The notes: a model not told the origin generated them from the letters alone. Shown: positions 21,995-37,700, numbered from the stretch's first letter. The stretch: DNA of 64,000 nt from Selaginella moellendorffii (GCF_000143415.4 NW_003314312.1:1-64000), one strand, 5' to 3'. Translations and numbers: made by a program.

Positions 21995-22499
21995 CTTTAT
22001 TTAATGGACAATAGTCAATGTAGAAAAAAAATATTCCCATTAAGCTTCATCACAAGATGAAGCTCACATGCCTAGGGATTCTACAATTTTTGAATAATAA
22101 CATTTTCTAACATCTTTTTGACATTTGTATACAAAATTTTAATCTCTTTTGATGACCGATGATAAACAAGAACCTTGATAAAATATTTCTTTCTTATACT
22201 TCTGATTAAATACTTAGTGGATCAACACTAAGTTGCATTGTTCTTGTCAAAATTGATTATTTTTAGAATGAAGTGGAATGCAACTACACTTGTAGAACAT
22301 CCTTCTCATTGAGGATCATGTATGACTAGAGGATATTTGTGGAGATCTTTAAGGTCTTGCCTCAGGGGACTAGGCCTCTTCTTGTTCTTGCAGTGATTTG
22401 TGTTAAGAAGTAATTGATCAAAAGTAATGATACATTTTGTTACCATTATTGTCATCATATCATCTATGCTTGATCTTATTAAGGATGGATTGTCCTCTA

Positions 22500-23817
22500 G
22501 AAGAGATTCCCACAAGAATGTCATGGATGAATCCAAGAAGTATAAAGGCTAGATTTTTTAATTTACTAAGGTAAGTTGGAACAATAAAGTTGGTCACTGG
22601 ATTTGCTTTTTTGAAATTCTAAGGACTCATCCTTAAAGAAACTCTTCCTGAATTTCCTTTTGCCATATATCCCTCTTGGTCTGGCTCTTTTGTTAAACAT
22701 GGATCTTGACCCTATTGTGTTCCCCTTTTATAAGTTATCATTGAAATGCATTTTAATAGCTACATCCAATGCTTCTTTGTAGTTGGTCAGGTTCCAATGC
22801 ATTACTTTACCCCGAGCCTAGGTTAGTAAGCCTAATACGAAGGCATGGAATGCGTTTATATTGTTCATATCTGTAACAAGGATTTTTGGTCATAAATACA
22901 TTCATATACTCTTGAATGATTCCTATTTACTTTAGCCTACTTAATTTATCCCTTAGGTACAAAGTAGTATTCGGAAAAACATAAGTTGCACAGATCCTTG
23001 CCTTTACCATTTGCCAAGTATAGTTTTGCACATGGGACATTTTCCAAGCTTAATAACTGTAATGCTCGAAAATAATTTTTTATATCGTAAAACCAATCCT
23101 CTACCACCTTATAGTCATTCACTCCCTTGAAAACTAGTGAAAATTTTAGTTTATACTTAGGAACTGCTTAAAGAATTAATTCTACTTTGATTTATTTGAC
23201 TTTGTTTGGTTCTGCTTCAATCCCTACCAAAGGGTCCACACCTTTTACACTGCCAACCTCTACAGTCTTTTGTGTTTTCTTCTGTTTCTTGTTATACTTG
23301 AGCTTGTATACAAGGGTCTTTAGCAGGGCATTGGTATGTATCAATTGTCCTTCTAAAGTGTCCAATCAAGCCTTAGACAACCAAACCTTACCACCATACT
23401 CATGTTTGGAAGTCTTTTCATTGGAGTCCTCTTTATACAAGGATTCCTCATCCATAACTTATTGTTCAATTGGAGGCTCTATCTCTAGAGGAGGTTCCAC
23501 TTCTACATTGGTTTGCTTATGCCTTGCTTTAGCCATCTCCTAGCAATCTGCATCTATCTTTGCTAGAACTTTAGAAAAAAACTCTAATACAAAATTATAA
23601 GTCCAACTCAAATTTGGTCATACTTAGATTCAACTACTCATTACACAAACAATAAAGTGTTATCTATTAATTCATAGATTCTTAAATTCTCTCTTAATCC
23701 CCCTCCCTGAGTTAGATTGAATTTAAGGTTCATAGGCATAAGAAGCCAAACACACCAAACTTCCAAATTTCTAACATCCTTTGGTATAACAAAATTTGAT
23801 TATAAAACCCTCTAAAT
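22500..23817 (-). mobile_element. Second degenerate copy of the same family (gag region, PBS, partial LTR), interrupted by the element starting at 23818
   Basis: 23300-23817 aligns by eye with 20720-21360. Degenerate PBS ctctaatacaa at about 23582. The similarity breaks exactly at ccctctaaat|tgtaag. Confidence 0.65.
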
Positions 23818-24079
23818 TGTAAGACACAAATCCCTAAGCCCCAAAGTGAAGCCGAAAGGGTGCCACATGGTAATGGTTGAAGCAGAAGCCAAACAAGCGT
23901 AACACATTTGGACTAAAAGCTCTAACTTAGAAAGTCGAAAATGGGAGTAGAACTCCCAATGAAATGCTTAAGGAATAAGCACGAAGCAATCAGTGAATAA
24001 GTTTGAACACAAGAAGGACACAAGAAGGACTGATACATGACAAATGTCATGGTATATGGAAGTGTTAGGAATGAGTCCA

Positions 24080-24324
24080 AAAAGGAGTTTGAGATGGAGT
24101 TCGAAAAGGAATCTGAAAGGGAGTGCAATATGAAGTTCGATATGGATTCAAGATGGAGTCTAAGATGGACCCAAGATGGAGTCTGAGATAAACTTGAGAC
24201 GGACTTGAGATGGAGGTCTGAAATAGACCCAAGATGGAGTCTGAGATGGATCCAAGATGGAGTACGAGATGGACCCGAGATAGAGTCCAGAGTGGAGTTC
24301 AAGGTGGACTCAAGATGGAGTCTA
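24080..24324 (+). repeat. 12-bp minisatellite (GAGATGGA-NNNN) inside the LTR; second copy at 43144-43520
   Basis: gagatggagtct / aagatggaccca units. In the 3' LTR the array grades into 6-bp gagttt/gagtcc units. Confidence 0.85.
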
Positions 24325-25786
24325 NNNNNNNNNNNNNNNNNNNNNNNNNNNNNNNNNNNNNNNNNNNNNNNNNNNNNNNNNNNNNNNNNNNNNNNNNNNN
24401 NNNNNNNNNNNNNNNNNNNNNNNNNNNNNNNNNNNNNNNNNNNNNNNNNNNNNNNNNNNNNNNNNNNNNNNNNNNNNNNNNNNNNNNNNNNNNNNNNNNN
24501 NNNNNNNNNNNNNNNNNNNNNNNNNNNNNNNNNNNNNNNNNNNNNNNNNNNNNNNNNNNNNNNNNNNNNNNNNNNNNNNNNNNNNNNNNNNNNNNNNNNN
24601 NNNNNNNNNNNNNNNNNNNNNNNNNNNNNNNNNNNNNNNNNNNNNNNNNNNNNNNNNNNNNNNNNNNNNNNNNNNNNNNNNNNNNNNNNNNNNNNNNNNN
24701 NNNNNNNNNNNNNNNNNNNNNNNNNNNNNNNNNNNNNNNNNNNNNNNNNNNNNNNNNNNNNNNNNNNNNNNNNNNNNNNNNNNNNNNNNNNNNNNNNNNN
24801 NNNNNNNNNNNAAGGGACGCGAGGTTCAAGAGTCGGTTTTAGTTCCCCTGGGAGATCGAATGGTTGATGCTCCCAGTCTAAATGTGGGTGGCACTACCGT
24901 ACTTGGATACCTGGCATGGCTCAACAAAACCTCGCTCTAGCCTTAGTGCACCCTAGGGCACCCGAAGGCGGAAGGTGGGGAGAATACCTACAAAGCTTAC
25001 ACAGAGTCATGGTGTTTCGAAATGTCATCCTAATGTCCCAATGTGGAAAGGAAAAAGAAGAGTTCTTTGGTGTAGAAACCAAGGATATAGTCATATAGTG
25101 AGGAAGTCCCAGAGGTCAATGGGACTTATGGTCAAGCTTATGGGCCTTGACTAAATGGCAATATTAGCAAACACGGCCATGGACGGAAAGGGACTTGGTA
25201 GGGACTGAAAAAGGGATATTGAGGAAGACTATTTCTCATGTGTACAAGCATCCTAAGGATGTTAAGGAATGAATTTAGGATAATCATTTATGGATGGATG
25301 GCCTAGTCTTTAAGAGACAAGACTGTGATGTAGGTGGTGTTAGATCACCAGTGTGACAAAGGTGAATAGGCATGGTTTTAGCATAATAAGCTAATATGTT
25401 GGTGATACCTTTGGGTGTCAGTCAAAGGATATGTGGAGCACTTGGACCAAGTGCAAAAACTAAGTGGCATAGATGCCATTCACAAAACTAGCATGTCCCT
25501 AAATTAGCAATGGGGCTTATAAAGGTTGTAAGTGAAACTCCTTGAAGTGGTCGAAGGTGTGGTTAAGTGACTAAAATAGAATGGAAAATTTAGTCATTTA
25601 CAATTTGGTATTAGAGTTATTCTTTAGTTTAACTTTTATTGGTGGTCAAGTATATTAGCATTGGAAGGTCCCAGTAGTGGGCCTTCCTCAAGAAGTAGCA
25701 TGTCAAGAGGACATAGCTCTTCACTATAGGGCATGCAAATGGGTAGGCCATATAGTGAATATAAAGGGGCTAACAAGAGAACAACT

Positions 25787-28700
25787 TGTAGTGCACATGG
25801 TTTTGACCATTTATCCTATGGTGATTTACCATAGGATAACACCACGAAGCGGAACCTAAACCCTCTTTATGCCATGTGAAACATGCCATGTGTCCAAAGG
25901 ACAATGGTGCGGAACCCAAGGTTCAGGGCCTTGGGCCACTGAACAAAGGAACTGTGTCAAACTCCCAAGCATGGAGCCGAGGAGTGACGGAACCGAACCG
26001 CGGAGCAACTCCCGAGCATACAGCCCAAGGAGCGAAGGGACAGGAGCTTGGAGCGACTTGGAACAGTCCTAGAGTAACCAGCATCCCAATGCTAGGACCA
26101 ACACGCAAAACGGTGCCAAACGGAGTCTGGCGCTATTTCGGCATACCAGTGGCCTAACGTGAGGATATGGGTACTCCACCAGCTTGCATGGTGTGGAGCT
26201 TGGGCTTAAACCCAAGCCAGACTCAGAACAAAGACAGGCACGCAAGCGACTAAACTATGCCTTAGGTTGGTCAGCCATGCCCGACCTACCCACTATCCCT
26301 ACTATACATTTGGAACCCCCCACAGCCCCCACCCCCCTCTTGAGGAACACACACTTTGGGGTTTCACCCCAAGCCTCCCTTAGTATCAGGAGTTAGTCTC
26401 TGGGACAAGCTCGAAACCTACTAAATATGGAATGTCCCTAGATTGCGAATTTGGACATGGGACGAACACCATTGTGTTTAGGACAATCTCTACATTCCGT
26501 AGATATGCCAAATGAGCAAATCTGGACACTTTCCATAAATAGCATTTGGGACCAAAATGAGACTAACACAAAGGGTATGATAGCGAGGGTGTTTGGCAGA
26601 CACGGTAAGCTATCATCTAGCGATGTTGAGGGACCAATCTCAATATCGCGGGGGTTCTTGATACTAGCAAGTGCAAGCCAATGACTCAAGTTTCTCAAAC
26701 CAGGCCGAGTATGCTCAGCAAGAAACACATAGGGTTCCTACCTTATGTTTATCCAATCTAAGTGCATGGTCATTGACCAGTTTCTCAACTAGCTCAAGTG
26801 GGAAACTGATAACGGGTCCAGCAATACCGACCTCCTGCCATCGTGGCAGTAAAGTAAGAGTGTCCGTAAGGACTAGCCGACAAGTAACTTTTGATACCCA
26901 AAGTCACATTCGCGACACTCTCCCCCCCTAGGGAAGATCGACGTCCTCGTCGATGCATACTCGAGTCTAGAATACCGCCAAGGAAACAACTCCAGAAAAA
27001 GTTCACGGTACTCATACTATGTGAGAAATGCACCAACTTAAATGAGTTAGGAGGCAACCTCTTTGTCTAACGCGGATGCGCTACCAGCTCAGACACCTTC
27101 CGGCCGTCGCCGACAAGGAAATAACCAACAGCGTCAGTCACCCTTGCTGCTCTGGGTGTCACCCAGCTACAAAAGTGTGATATGCCCCTGCCCGCAGGAA
27201 CATAGAGAGAGAAGCCAGAGGCCCCAACCCTCCTAAGCAAAGAAACCAAACCCGTCGGTAAGGTTTAGATAGACTACTGTAAACAGGCAGTTAGAGTTGT
27301 TTACACGGTCACGCCCTTTCAACGGAATAAGGAACATCGACACAGAGGCGGGTTATGTGACCAGTCGACAGTAGCTACCCCATGACTAGAGATTTCAACA
27401 TGCACACGAAGTGCCGAAGCCAGTCTGCCTATACTGGCCCAAACTCAAAGATCAATATAGAGGGACTATATCAAAGTCATAAACAATGATATCTTAGAAG
27501 CTTAATTACTAGTGATTATATCTTAGAGTAGAACACGAAAGTATTCTAAGCAAGTTATCATCCGATAAACTAGTATTATAGTAGATAGGAACCACCAAGA
27601 TCATCATAATTTGGCAAACATAGGAATGACCATCCAACAAAATTCAATAGCTAGTATATCATCAAGGAAACTCAATGATGAAACTTAACTACCGAAGAGA
27701 GTAGACAGTAAGCCAACAACTTACTAGAGAGACTCAAGAACACAAAGTATGACTAATAAGCACAATGCTCGCGAATGTATCACCCAAAAAAAATAACATC
27801 CAAATCTATCAAAACTAACTCGAGCAACAATCAACAAAAGAGAATGAATGTGGTAAAACAAACAAACACTCATGCCTGCCAACTATCACAAAAGCCAATC
27901 TAAATAGATCCCAGCCAACAATACCAAGGAACTCAAGTTGCCTAAGCAAGTGTCAGTAATATCCTACTGACGTCTCAAACCCAAGAGACCAATCCAGAGC
28001 AAACCACAAAGAACATGTGGTATTGCGAAAAGCCAAAAGCCATCAAAGAGAACAACTAACTATCATGAAAGATCGTCAACTAGCCCATTAATGTAGTGAT
28101 GTATAATCATCGTTGAAGAAAGAATCTACCATCCCGAAGAATAGCAAATAATTCCAAACCAACAATAATCAAGCAAAACTTGTGATAAAGACAATCAACT
28201 ACCCTAGATGATAGTCAATCATCACCAATGATTGCTAGATGCAAAGCCAACTTCAACATCGAAGCTAATGAGCCAAAATGCCTTCCCCAACAACTTCTAA
28301 CAAATGGAACAATGAGCATGAAAACTCAAGGAACCAAAAGTTCAAAGAAGCCTATAGCTAAGTCTTGTGTAATAATGATCATGAGTCTCATAGAAGCTAA
28401 CTTCAATGCTAAAGAAGAAAGCGTGATGCAACTCATAATATCTTCCTTAACACATCCATAAGCCAAACTTCATAATACTAAAGCTTAATGAAGAGCATGT
28501 CTGCATCAATCCAAAAGCTAAACATAACGAAGCTATGCTTAACAAGTGATCATCAAACGATCCTCCATGAATCCATCTATAGCAAGACGTAATTCACTTC
28601 ATAACAAGCACAAGAAGAATCATCAATGATAGATATAGTCCAACTCAAATCCAATAAGGACTCAAATTGTTTAATATCAAACACTAATTCTTCCTCTCAT

Positions 28701-31700
28701 GAAGTTAGCATAGTTCACGACTAAATCATTTTTCAAGGAAAAGCTAAAGCTCAACCCCTACGAAACAATCTCATCTAGAACACAACTAACTCAAACTTGC
28801 CACTCAGTTCATTTGAACGTCAATATAGTTGCTAACTAGCAATTGCACGAATGCCAACAACATAAAGCTACAGCCAAATCATCAACACTTTGCATCGAGA
28901 CTAATGAAACTCAATATCAATCCTACGAAAAGACATCTCCTTTCATTTGCATCTCAACATCAACAATGTCAATGACAAGGCATTACTTCAATGCCATCAA
29001 CACCAAAACAAAGCTAGAAGAAAGCACGAGTGAATCACCACTCAAAACTCTCCAGCAACCAAGCTAACCAAAGTCGAAGATACTTTAGTCAGTATCTGAG
29101 ACCAATCCTCCAACAAAACTCAGTTACAAGTAACACTTCATCAAAGAGTGATTCACCACGTCCAAGACTCAATGAAATCTAACACCACGAACTAAACACA
29201 ACCAAATGATATCAACAAAGATAGAGTCGACATGCCAACATGGAAAACCCATGTAAGTCTAACGACACGATCCTCCGCAACACCATCCGGTAAAGCAAGC
29301 CCATCACTGCTAAATCATCATCGAGCAAAGCAAGTATCAACAGTCTTTTTGACAAAGTCTACAAGTAATCACTAGTCGCAAAGCAACTAACAATCACCCT
29401 TCAACTTGCCTTCACAAGACCCGAACACTAACTCATGTCATTGAGTTACATACTTGTCCAACATGAACATAATACCCCAGGTACGAGATAAAAGTTCATA
29501 GACAAGCACAAACTAAATAACCACTCGAATCCAACTCAACCGCAATAAGCTCACTAATGCATTTAGTCAATAGCTCTGAGCATGCCTTGAAGAGGCTAGC
29601 TATGTGATCAACACTCAGTCGAAACTAAAGTGAAGACCATGAGATGGACTCATATTAGTACACAACCTCCTCATAGGCAAAGCTATAGTACAGGTACTAA
29701 CATCTCAACCTCAAACAACTAAGTTAGACATCACCATCCTCAGCCAAGGCGCAGGGCTACCAAGACTAAGTCAAGATCAGTGAGAGCTCACTACTCTCAT
29801 AGAGTCTAAACAAAATGCAAGGTGCAACCTGCCACCGAGCATAATGCTACAAAAGAAAGGCACAAAAGTCACCCTTCTGAGAAAAGTGCAACGGCCACTT
29901 TTCTACACCAACTCCAGACTCTATCCAACTCAATTGCCTTAGCCCCAAAAGTTAGCATCCCTTTCAGGTTGCATCATACAAACTACCTACCAAGGTCTAA
30001 GTTAACCGAAGTCAACTCCAACCCCTTCACTAGTTTGTACTAGCTTTCGAAAACGGAATGGTTTTCGGATAAAATGATCAATAGACCAGCCATGGAAAAG
30101 TCTAAGAAAATTTNNNNNNNNNNNNNNNNNNNNNNNNNNNNNNNNNNNNNNNNNNNNNNNNNNNNNNNNNNNNNNNNNNNNNNNNNNNNNNNNNNNNNNN
30201 NNNNNNNNNNNNNATCCTAGAGAAAGAATGAGTCTCAGTCCAGGATTGCAAACTTTCAAGACTCAACCAACTTCCTCCTACCAACAACTTCACATAGGCT
30301 CACCTCAACACAAATTTTCATGATCGAACAACATGCTTAAGCATCGAACATCTTTGCCCATATAACCGACATCCAACACTGACATCCGCAAAGTGCAAAA
30401 TGAACATCCAAGGCTTGATCACGAAGACCACATCTTTGGATATTCACATTGCATTAACACTCTTCTTCAATCACCTTCAAGATCTAATGTGAAGCCGAAA
30501 CACTAACAAGAAAAATGACATGGAAAATCAAGGTCCAAGGAAAATTCCTCATCACTTGAAATAACAATGCCACCTCCACTAACACAAGTGCTAGTGATGT
30601 CAATGCCCCAACTACACATCTTCTCCATCCAACAATCTATTCCAAGTGTTAACGGATCAACCAACAAGCCATAACAAATGAATGTTATAACCCTTTTCCA
30701 ACATCTTAATGGGCAAACTCTAGGAAACAAGGTACCTACTTAAGCTTAGCATAATAAACCACCATCGAGAATCCAGTCAAAGCTACTACAATGCTACTTC
30801 GTGCAAGTAGACTAGCTTCTCCATCAACCACTTTGGGGTTGATCATCATTTAACTAAGCAACTTCGTAAACACATTGCTCACTATCACATGGATATGATA
30901 TAAGTATCATAATGACTTGATCATCAATCAAGCAACACTATGAGCAATGCCCATGTCATTACTTCAAAGGTTTATGTGAATATCAACTGTCAACTCAATT
31001 CGACAAAATGCAACATAAATGTCACACCCCATCGATAGAGGTTTACAACACCCAACACCACTAACTTTTGTTCACAACATGGACAAGCTCATGCCACTCT
31101 CTTTCTGACCAAACTCAAAATTAATCCAACACCAAGTTATTCAAGGAGCAATAGCAAGGTTCCTCGAAAAAGAATTGAGCATTGCAACCCAAGTCTTCCA
31201 ATAGCAAGCTTAGACAAAATGGTTTAGCGCTTCACCGCTATCCATCCCACAACTTACCATTGTAAGACCACCATCTCCAACATGCATCAAGATAGGGACT
31301 CTTGATTGCATGATGTGAACACAAGCAATGAGTTAACACCTCGTTGCAGATCATCTCTCCAAGAAGAGAAAATGATTTACGTATTTGATCTTCCATCCCC
31401 AATGACTCTCTTTTCGGTCTCATCTTTGACCAAACCTCAAGCTTGCTTTCACATTGCCTTCAGTTCAATCGAAGAAAAGTTTATGAGAGAGCACGGCAAT
31501 GATTACTTGAACCAATAGACTATTCCCTACAGTCTTGATTGATCCAATTATAATCATGCCTAGGAAGGATCCACTAGTGCCGTGCTAAACAGCTACAGAC
31601 CAGCCTATTTGCCACTCATAGCAAACCTAGGGAGGTTTGCTTTCACCCATGGTACATGGAACAACTTACGGAACCACTGGAACCATCGATAGGCTTACAT

Positions 31701-34700
31701 TAATCCTGCCAACTCAAAGTGTAACCTCGAGTTGCTAATGCGCCTCACTCACGAGCCCAAGCTCAAACTCGTGCAAACGGAACATCTCCAAACCATCCTA
31801 TGAGCCCAAGCGCAAGCTCACATCATAAGGTACAACAAGGTAACCCAAAACCTATCCCAAGGAACGATTGCGAAGCCTTTGCACCAAAACGTGTACCCAC
31901 TCGGATCATCGTTTTCATCTCTGCGTATGCAACGAGACTAGTTGCCCAATCTCATTGAATAGTACTCGCTGAGACTCATCCTCTGATACCAAATGTAGCG
32001 CACGTGGTTTTGACCCTTTATCCTATGGTGATTTACCATAGGATAACACCACGAAGCAGAACCTAAACCCTCTTTATGCCACGTGACAGATGCCACGTGT
32101 CACGTGCCACGTGTCCATAGGAACCTGAGGTTCAGACCCTTGGGCCACTGAACAAACGAACGGTGCCAAACTCCCAAGCATGGAGCCAAGGAGTGATGGA
32201 ACCGAACCACGGAGCAACTCCCGAGCATACAGCCCAAGGAGCGAAGGGACAGGGGCCCGGAGCGACTTGGAACAGTCCTAGAGCAACCAGCATCCCAATG
32301 CTAGGACCAGCACGCAAAACGGAGCCAAACGGAGTCTGGCGCTATTTCGGCATACCGGTGGCCTAATGCGAGGACATGGGTACTCCACCAGCTAGCATGG
32401 AATGGAACTTGGGCTTAGACCCAAGCCGGACGCAGAACAAGGACAGGCACGCAAGCGGGAGCTAGACTATGCCTCAGGTTGGTCGGCCATGCCCGACCTA
32501 CCCACTATCCCTACTATACATTTGGAACCCCCCACAGCCCCCCCCCCCCCCCCGCCCCCCGCCCCCCCTTGAGGAATACACACTTTGGGGTTTCACCCCA
32601 AGCCTCCCTTAGTATCAGGAGTTAGTCTCTGGGACAAGCTCGAAACCTACTAAATATGGAATGTCCCTAGATTGCGAATTTGGACATGGGACGAACACCA
32701 TTGTGTTTAGGACAATCTCTACATTCCGTAGATATGCCAAATGAGCAAATCTGGACACTTTCCATAAATAGCATTTGGGACCAAAATGAGACTAACACAA
32801 AGGGCATGATAGCGAGGGTGTTTGGCAGACACGGTAAGCTATCATCTAGCGATGTTGAGGGACCAATCTCAATATCGCGGGGGTTCTTGATACTAGCAAG
32901 TGCAAGCCAATGACTCAAGTTTCTCAAACCAGGCCGAGTATGCTCAGCAAGAAACACATAGGGTTCCTACCTTATGTTTATCCAATCTAAGTGCATGGTC
33001 ATTGACCAGTTTCTCAACTAGCTCAAGTGGGAAACTGATAACGGGTCCAGCAATACCGACCTCCTGCCATCGTGGCAGTAAGGTAAGAGTGTCCGTAAGG
33101 ACTAGCCGACAAGTAACTTTCGATACCCGAAGTCACATTCGCGACAATCATTACCGTTGGAAAATATAGGATTCACCATCCAACAAAATTCAATAGCAAA
33201 TATATCATCAAGGAAACTCAATGAGAAAACTTAACTACCAAAGATTGTAGACAGTATGCCAAACAACTTACTAAAGATAACTCAAAGAACACAAAGTATC
33301 ATTGACTGGCAAACAAAATGTTCACAAATGTATCACCCGAAAGAAATAACATCCTAATCTATCAAAACTAACTCAAGCAATGATCAACAGAACAAAATGA
33401 ATGTTGCAAGACCAACAAACATAGCGTTTATGCCAACCATCGCACCAGCCAATCTGAATAGATCCCAATCAATAATATAAAGGAACCAGAATTGCTTAAG
33501 CAAGTATCGACACATCCTACCGATGTCTCAAACCCAAAGACCAATCCAAAGCAAACCACAAAGAACATATGGTATTGCGAAAAGCCATAAGCCATCAAAG
33601 AGAACAACGAACCATCATGAAAAATCATCAATCATCCTATCAATAGAAAGATGCATAATCATTATCAAAGAAAGAATCCACCATCCTGAAAAATAGCAAC
33701 TCATTCTATATGAACAACAATCAAGCAACACCTTCGACAAGGATAATCAACTATCCTAGATGACAGTCAATCTTCACCAATGATTGCTAGATGCAAAAGC
33801 CAACTTCAACATCAAAGCTAATGAGCCAAAATGCCTTCCCCCAACAACTTCTAACAAATGGAACAATGAGCACAAAACTCAAGGAACCAAAAGCTTGAAG
33901 AATCCTATAGCCAAGTCTTGCCTAATAATGATCACAAATTTCATAGAAGTTAACTTCAATGCTAAAGAAGAAATCATGATGCAACCCACAATATCTTCCT
34001 TAACACATCCATAAGCCAAACTTCATAATGCCGAAGCTAATGAAGAGCATTTCTGTATCAATCCAAAAGCTAAGCACAACGAAACTATGTTCAACCCATG
34101 AATCCATCTACAGCAAGACGTAACTCACTTCATAACAAGCACAAGAGGAATCTTCAATGATCAATATATTCCAACTCAAATCCAACAAGGATTCAAACAT
34201 TCCAATATCGATCACTAACTCTTCCACTTGCAGAGTTAGCATAGTCCACGACTAAATTACTTTTCAAGGAAAAGCCAAAGCTCAACCCTCTACTAAATAA
34301 TTTCGTCTAAATCACAACTAACTCAAACTTATTATTCAGTTCATTTGAACGTCAACACAGTTGCTAACAAGCAAATGTATGAATGCCAACAACACAAAGA
34401 AGCCAAATCATCAACACTATCTTCATCAAGACTAATGAAACTCAATATCAATCCTTGGAAAGATATCTCATTTCACTTGAATCTCAACATCAATAATATC
34501 AATGACAAGGCATCATTTCAATGCCATCAACACTATAACAAAGCTAGAAGAAAGCATGAGTGAATCACTACCCAAAACTTTCTAGCAACCAAGCCAACCA
34601 AAGTTGAAGATACTTAACTTAGTATCTTAGACTAATCCTTCAACAAAACTCAATTACAGATAACACTTCCTCAAGGAGTGAATCACCACATTCAAGACTC

Positions 34701-37700
34701 AATGAAATCCAACACTATGAACTAAATGCAACCAAATGATATTGACAAAGGTAGAATCAACATGCCAATATGGAAAACCTATGTAAGCTTTATGACACGA
34801 TCCTCCACAACACCATCTGGTAAAGCAAGTTCATCACTGCTAAATCTTTATCAAGTGAAGCAAGTGTTAAAAGTCCTTGATAAAGTCTGCAAGCAACCAC
34901 TAGTCGCAAAGCAATCAATAACCACTCTTCAACTTGCCTTCACAAGACCCAACACTAAACTCATGCCATCGAGTCATATACTTGTCGAGCATGAATATAA
35001 TATCCCAGGTACGAGATAAAGGTTCATGGATAAGCATAAACTAAATGACCACTCGAATCCAACTCAACCGCGATAAGCTCACAGATACATCTAGTCAATA
35101 GATCTAAGCATGCCTTAAGGAGGCTAGCTATGTGTGATCAACACTCAGTCGAAACTAAAGTGTAGACCATTAGATGGACTCATATCGGTACACAACCTCC
35201 TCATAGACAAAGCTATAGTATGGGTACCAACATCTCAACCTTAAACAACTAAGTTGGATATCACCATCCTCAGCCAAGGCGCAGGGCTACCAAGACCAAG
35301 TCAAGATCAGTGAGAGCTCACTACTCTCATAGAGTCCTAACAAAATGCAAGGTGCAACCTGCCACCAAGCAGAACATTATAGAAGAAAGGTACAAGGGTC
35401 ACTCTTCTTAAAAAAGTGCAACGGCCACTTTTCTACACCAACTCCAGACTCTATTCAACTCAATTGCTTTAGCCTCAAAAGTCAGCATCTTTTTCGGGCC
35501 GCATCATACAAACTACTTACCAAGGTCTAAGCTAACTGAAGCCAACTCCAACCCCTTCACTAGTTTGTAATGGCTTACAAAAACAAAATAGTTTTCGAGT
35601 AAAGTGATCAATAGATTAGTTATTTGAAAAGTCTAAGAAAATTTGTGGAAAATTTCCATCCTAGAGAAAGAATGACTCTTAGTCCAGGATTGCAAACTTT
35701 CAAGACTCAACCAACTTCCTCTTACAAACAATTTCACATAGGTTCACCTCAACACAAATTCTCATGATCCAACAATATGCTTAAGCATTGAACATCTTTG
35801 CCCATACTTCCGACATCTAACATCGACATCCGCAAAGTGCAAAGTGAACATCTAAGGATTGATCATGAAGACCACATCTCCAAATATCCACATTACACTA
35901 ACACTCTTCTTCAATCATCTTCAAGATTCAATGTGAAGCCAAAACACTAACAAGAAAAAAATGACATGGAAAATCAAGCTCTAAGGAAAATTCCTCATCA
36001 CTCAAATCAACAATGCCACTTCCACTAACACAAGTGCTAGCAATGTCAATGCCTCAACTACACAGCTTCTCCATCCAATAATCTACTCCAAGTGCTAACG
36101 GATCAACTGATAAGCTATAGCAAATGAATGCTATAACCCTTTTCCAACACCTAATGGGCAAACTCAAGGAAACAAGGTACCAACTTAAGCTTAGCATAAT
36201 GGACCACTATCGAGAATCCAGTCAAAGCTATTACAATGCTACTTCATACAAGTAGACTAGCTTCACCATCAACCACTTTGGGATTGATCATTATTTACCC
36301 AAGCAACTTCGTAAACACATTGTTCATTATCACATGGATATGATATAAGTATCACAATGAATTGATCATCAATTGAGCAACACCATGAGCAACACCCATG
36401 TCATTACTTCAAAGGTTTATATGAATATCAAATGCTAACTCAATTCGACAAAATGCTACATAAATAGCACACCCTATCGATAGAGATTTACAACACTTAA
36501 CACCACTAACCTTTGTTCACAACACGGAAAAGCTCATGCCACTCTCTATTCGACCAAACTCAACACTAATCCAACACCAAGCTACTCAAGGAGTAATAAC
36601 AAGGTTCCCAAGAAAAGAATTGAGCATTGCAACCAAAGTCTTCCAATAGCAAGCCTAGATAAAATGATATAGCACTTCACCACTATCCATTCTATAACTT
36701 ACCATTTGTAAGACCATCTTTTCCAATATGCATCAAGGTAGGGACTCTTAATTGCATAATGTGAACACGAGCAAAGAGTTAACACTTCGTTGCAAATCAT
36801 CCCTCCAAGAAGAGAAAATGATTTACGTGTTTGATCCTTCGTCCTTAAGAACTCTCTTTCTGGTCTCATCTTTGACTAAACCTCAAGCTTGCTTTCGCAC
36901 TGCCTTCAGTCCAATCCAAGAAAAGTTTATGAGAGAGCATGGTAATGACTACTTGAACCAATAGACTAATCCCTACAGTTTTGGTTGAGTCACTTGTAAT
37001 CATGCCTAGGAACTATCTACTAGTGCCGTGCTAAATAGCTACGGACCAGCCTATTTGCCACTCATAGCAAACCTAGGGAAGGTTTACTTTCACCCATGGT
37101 ACATGGAATAACTCATGGAACCACTAATAGGCTAACATTAATCCTTCCAACTCAAAGTGTAACCTCGAGTTGCTAATGTGCCTCACTTACGAGCCCAAGC
37201 GCAAACTCGTGTAAACGAAACAACTCAGTCCACCCTATAAGCCCAAGAGCAAGCTCACATAATTACAGTACAAGAAGGTAACCAAATCCATACCCAAGGA
37301 ACGATTGCAAAGCCTTTGCACCCAAACGTGTACCCACTCGGATCATCGTTTTCATCTCTGCGTATGCAACGAGACTAGTTGCCCAATCTCATTGAATAGT
37401 ACTCACTGAGACTCATCATCTGATACCAAATGTAGCACACGTGGTTTTGACCCTTTATCCTATGGTGATTTACCATAGGATAACACCACAAAGCGGAACC
37501 TAAACCCTCTTTATGCCACGTGACACATGCCACGTGTCTAAAGGACAGTGGTGCGGAACCCAAGGTTCAGGGCCTTGGGCCACTGAACAAAGGAACAGTG
37601 TCAAACTCCCAAGCATGGAGCCGAGGAGTGACAGAACCGAACCACGGAGCAACTCCCGAGCATACAGCCCAAGGAGCGAAGGGACAGGAGCCCAGAGTGA

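Noticed and set aside
25869-26931. Repeated 60-97-aa ORFs also seen at 32.1-33.2 kb and 37.5-38.3 kb
   Set aside because: They lie inside LTR copies; the similarity reflects LTR duplication, not protein conservation.
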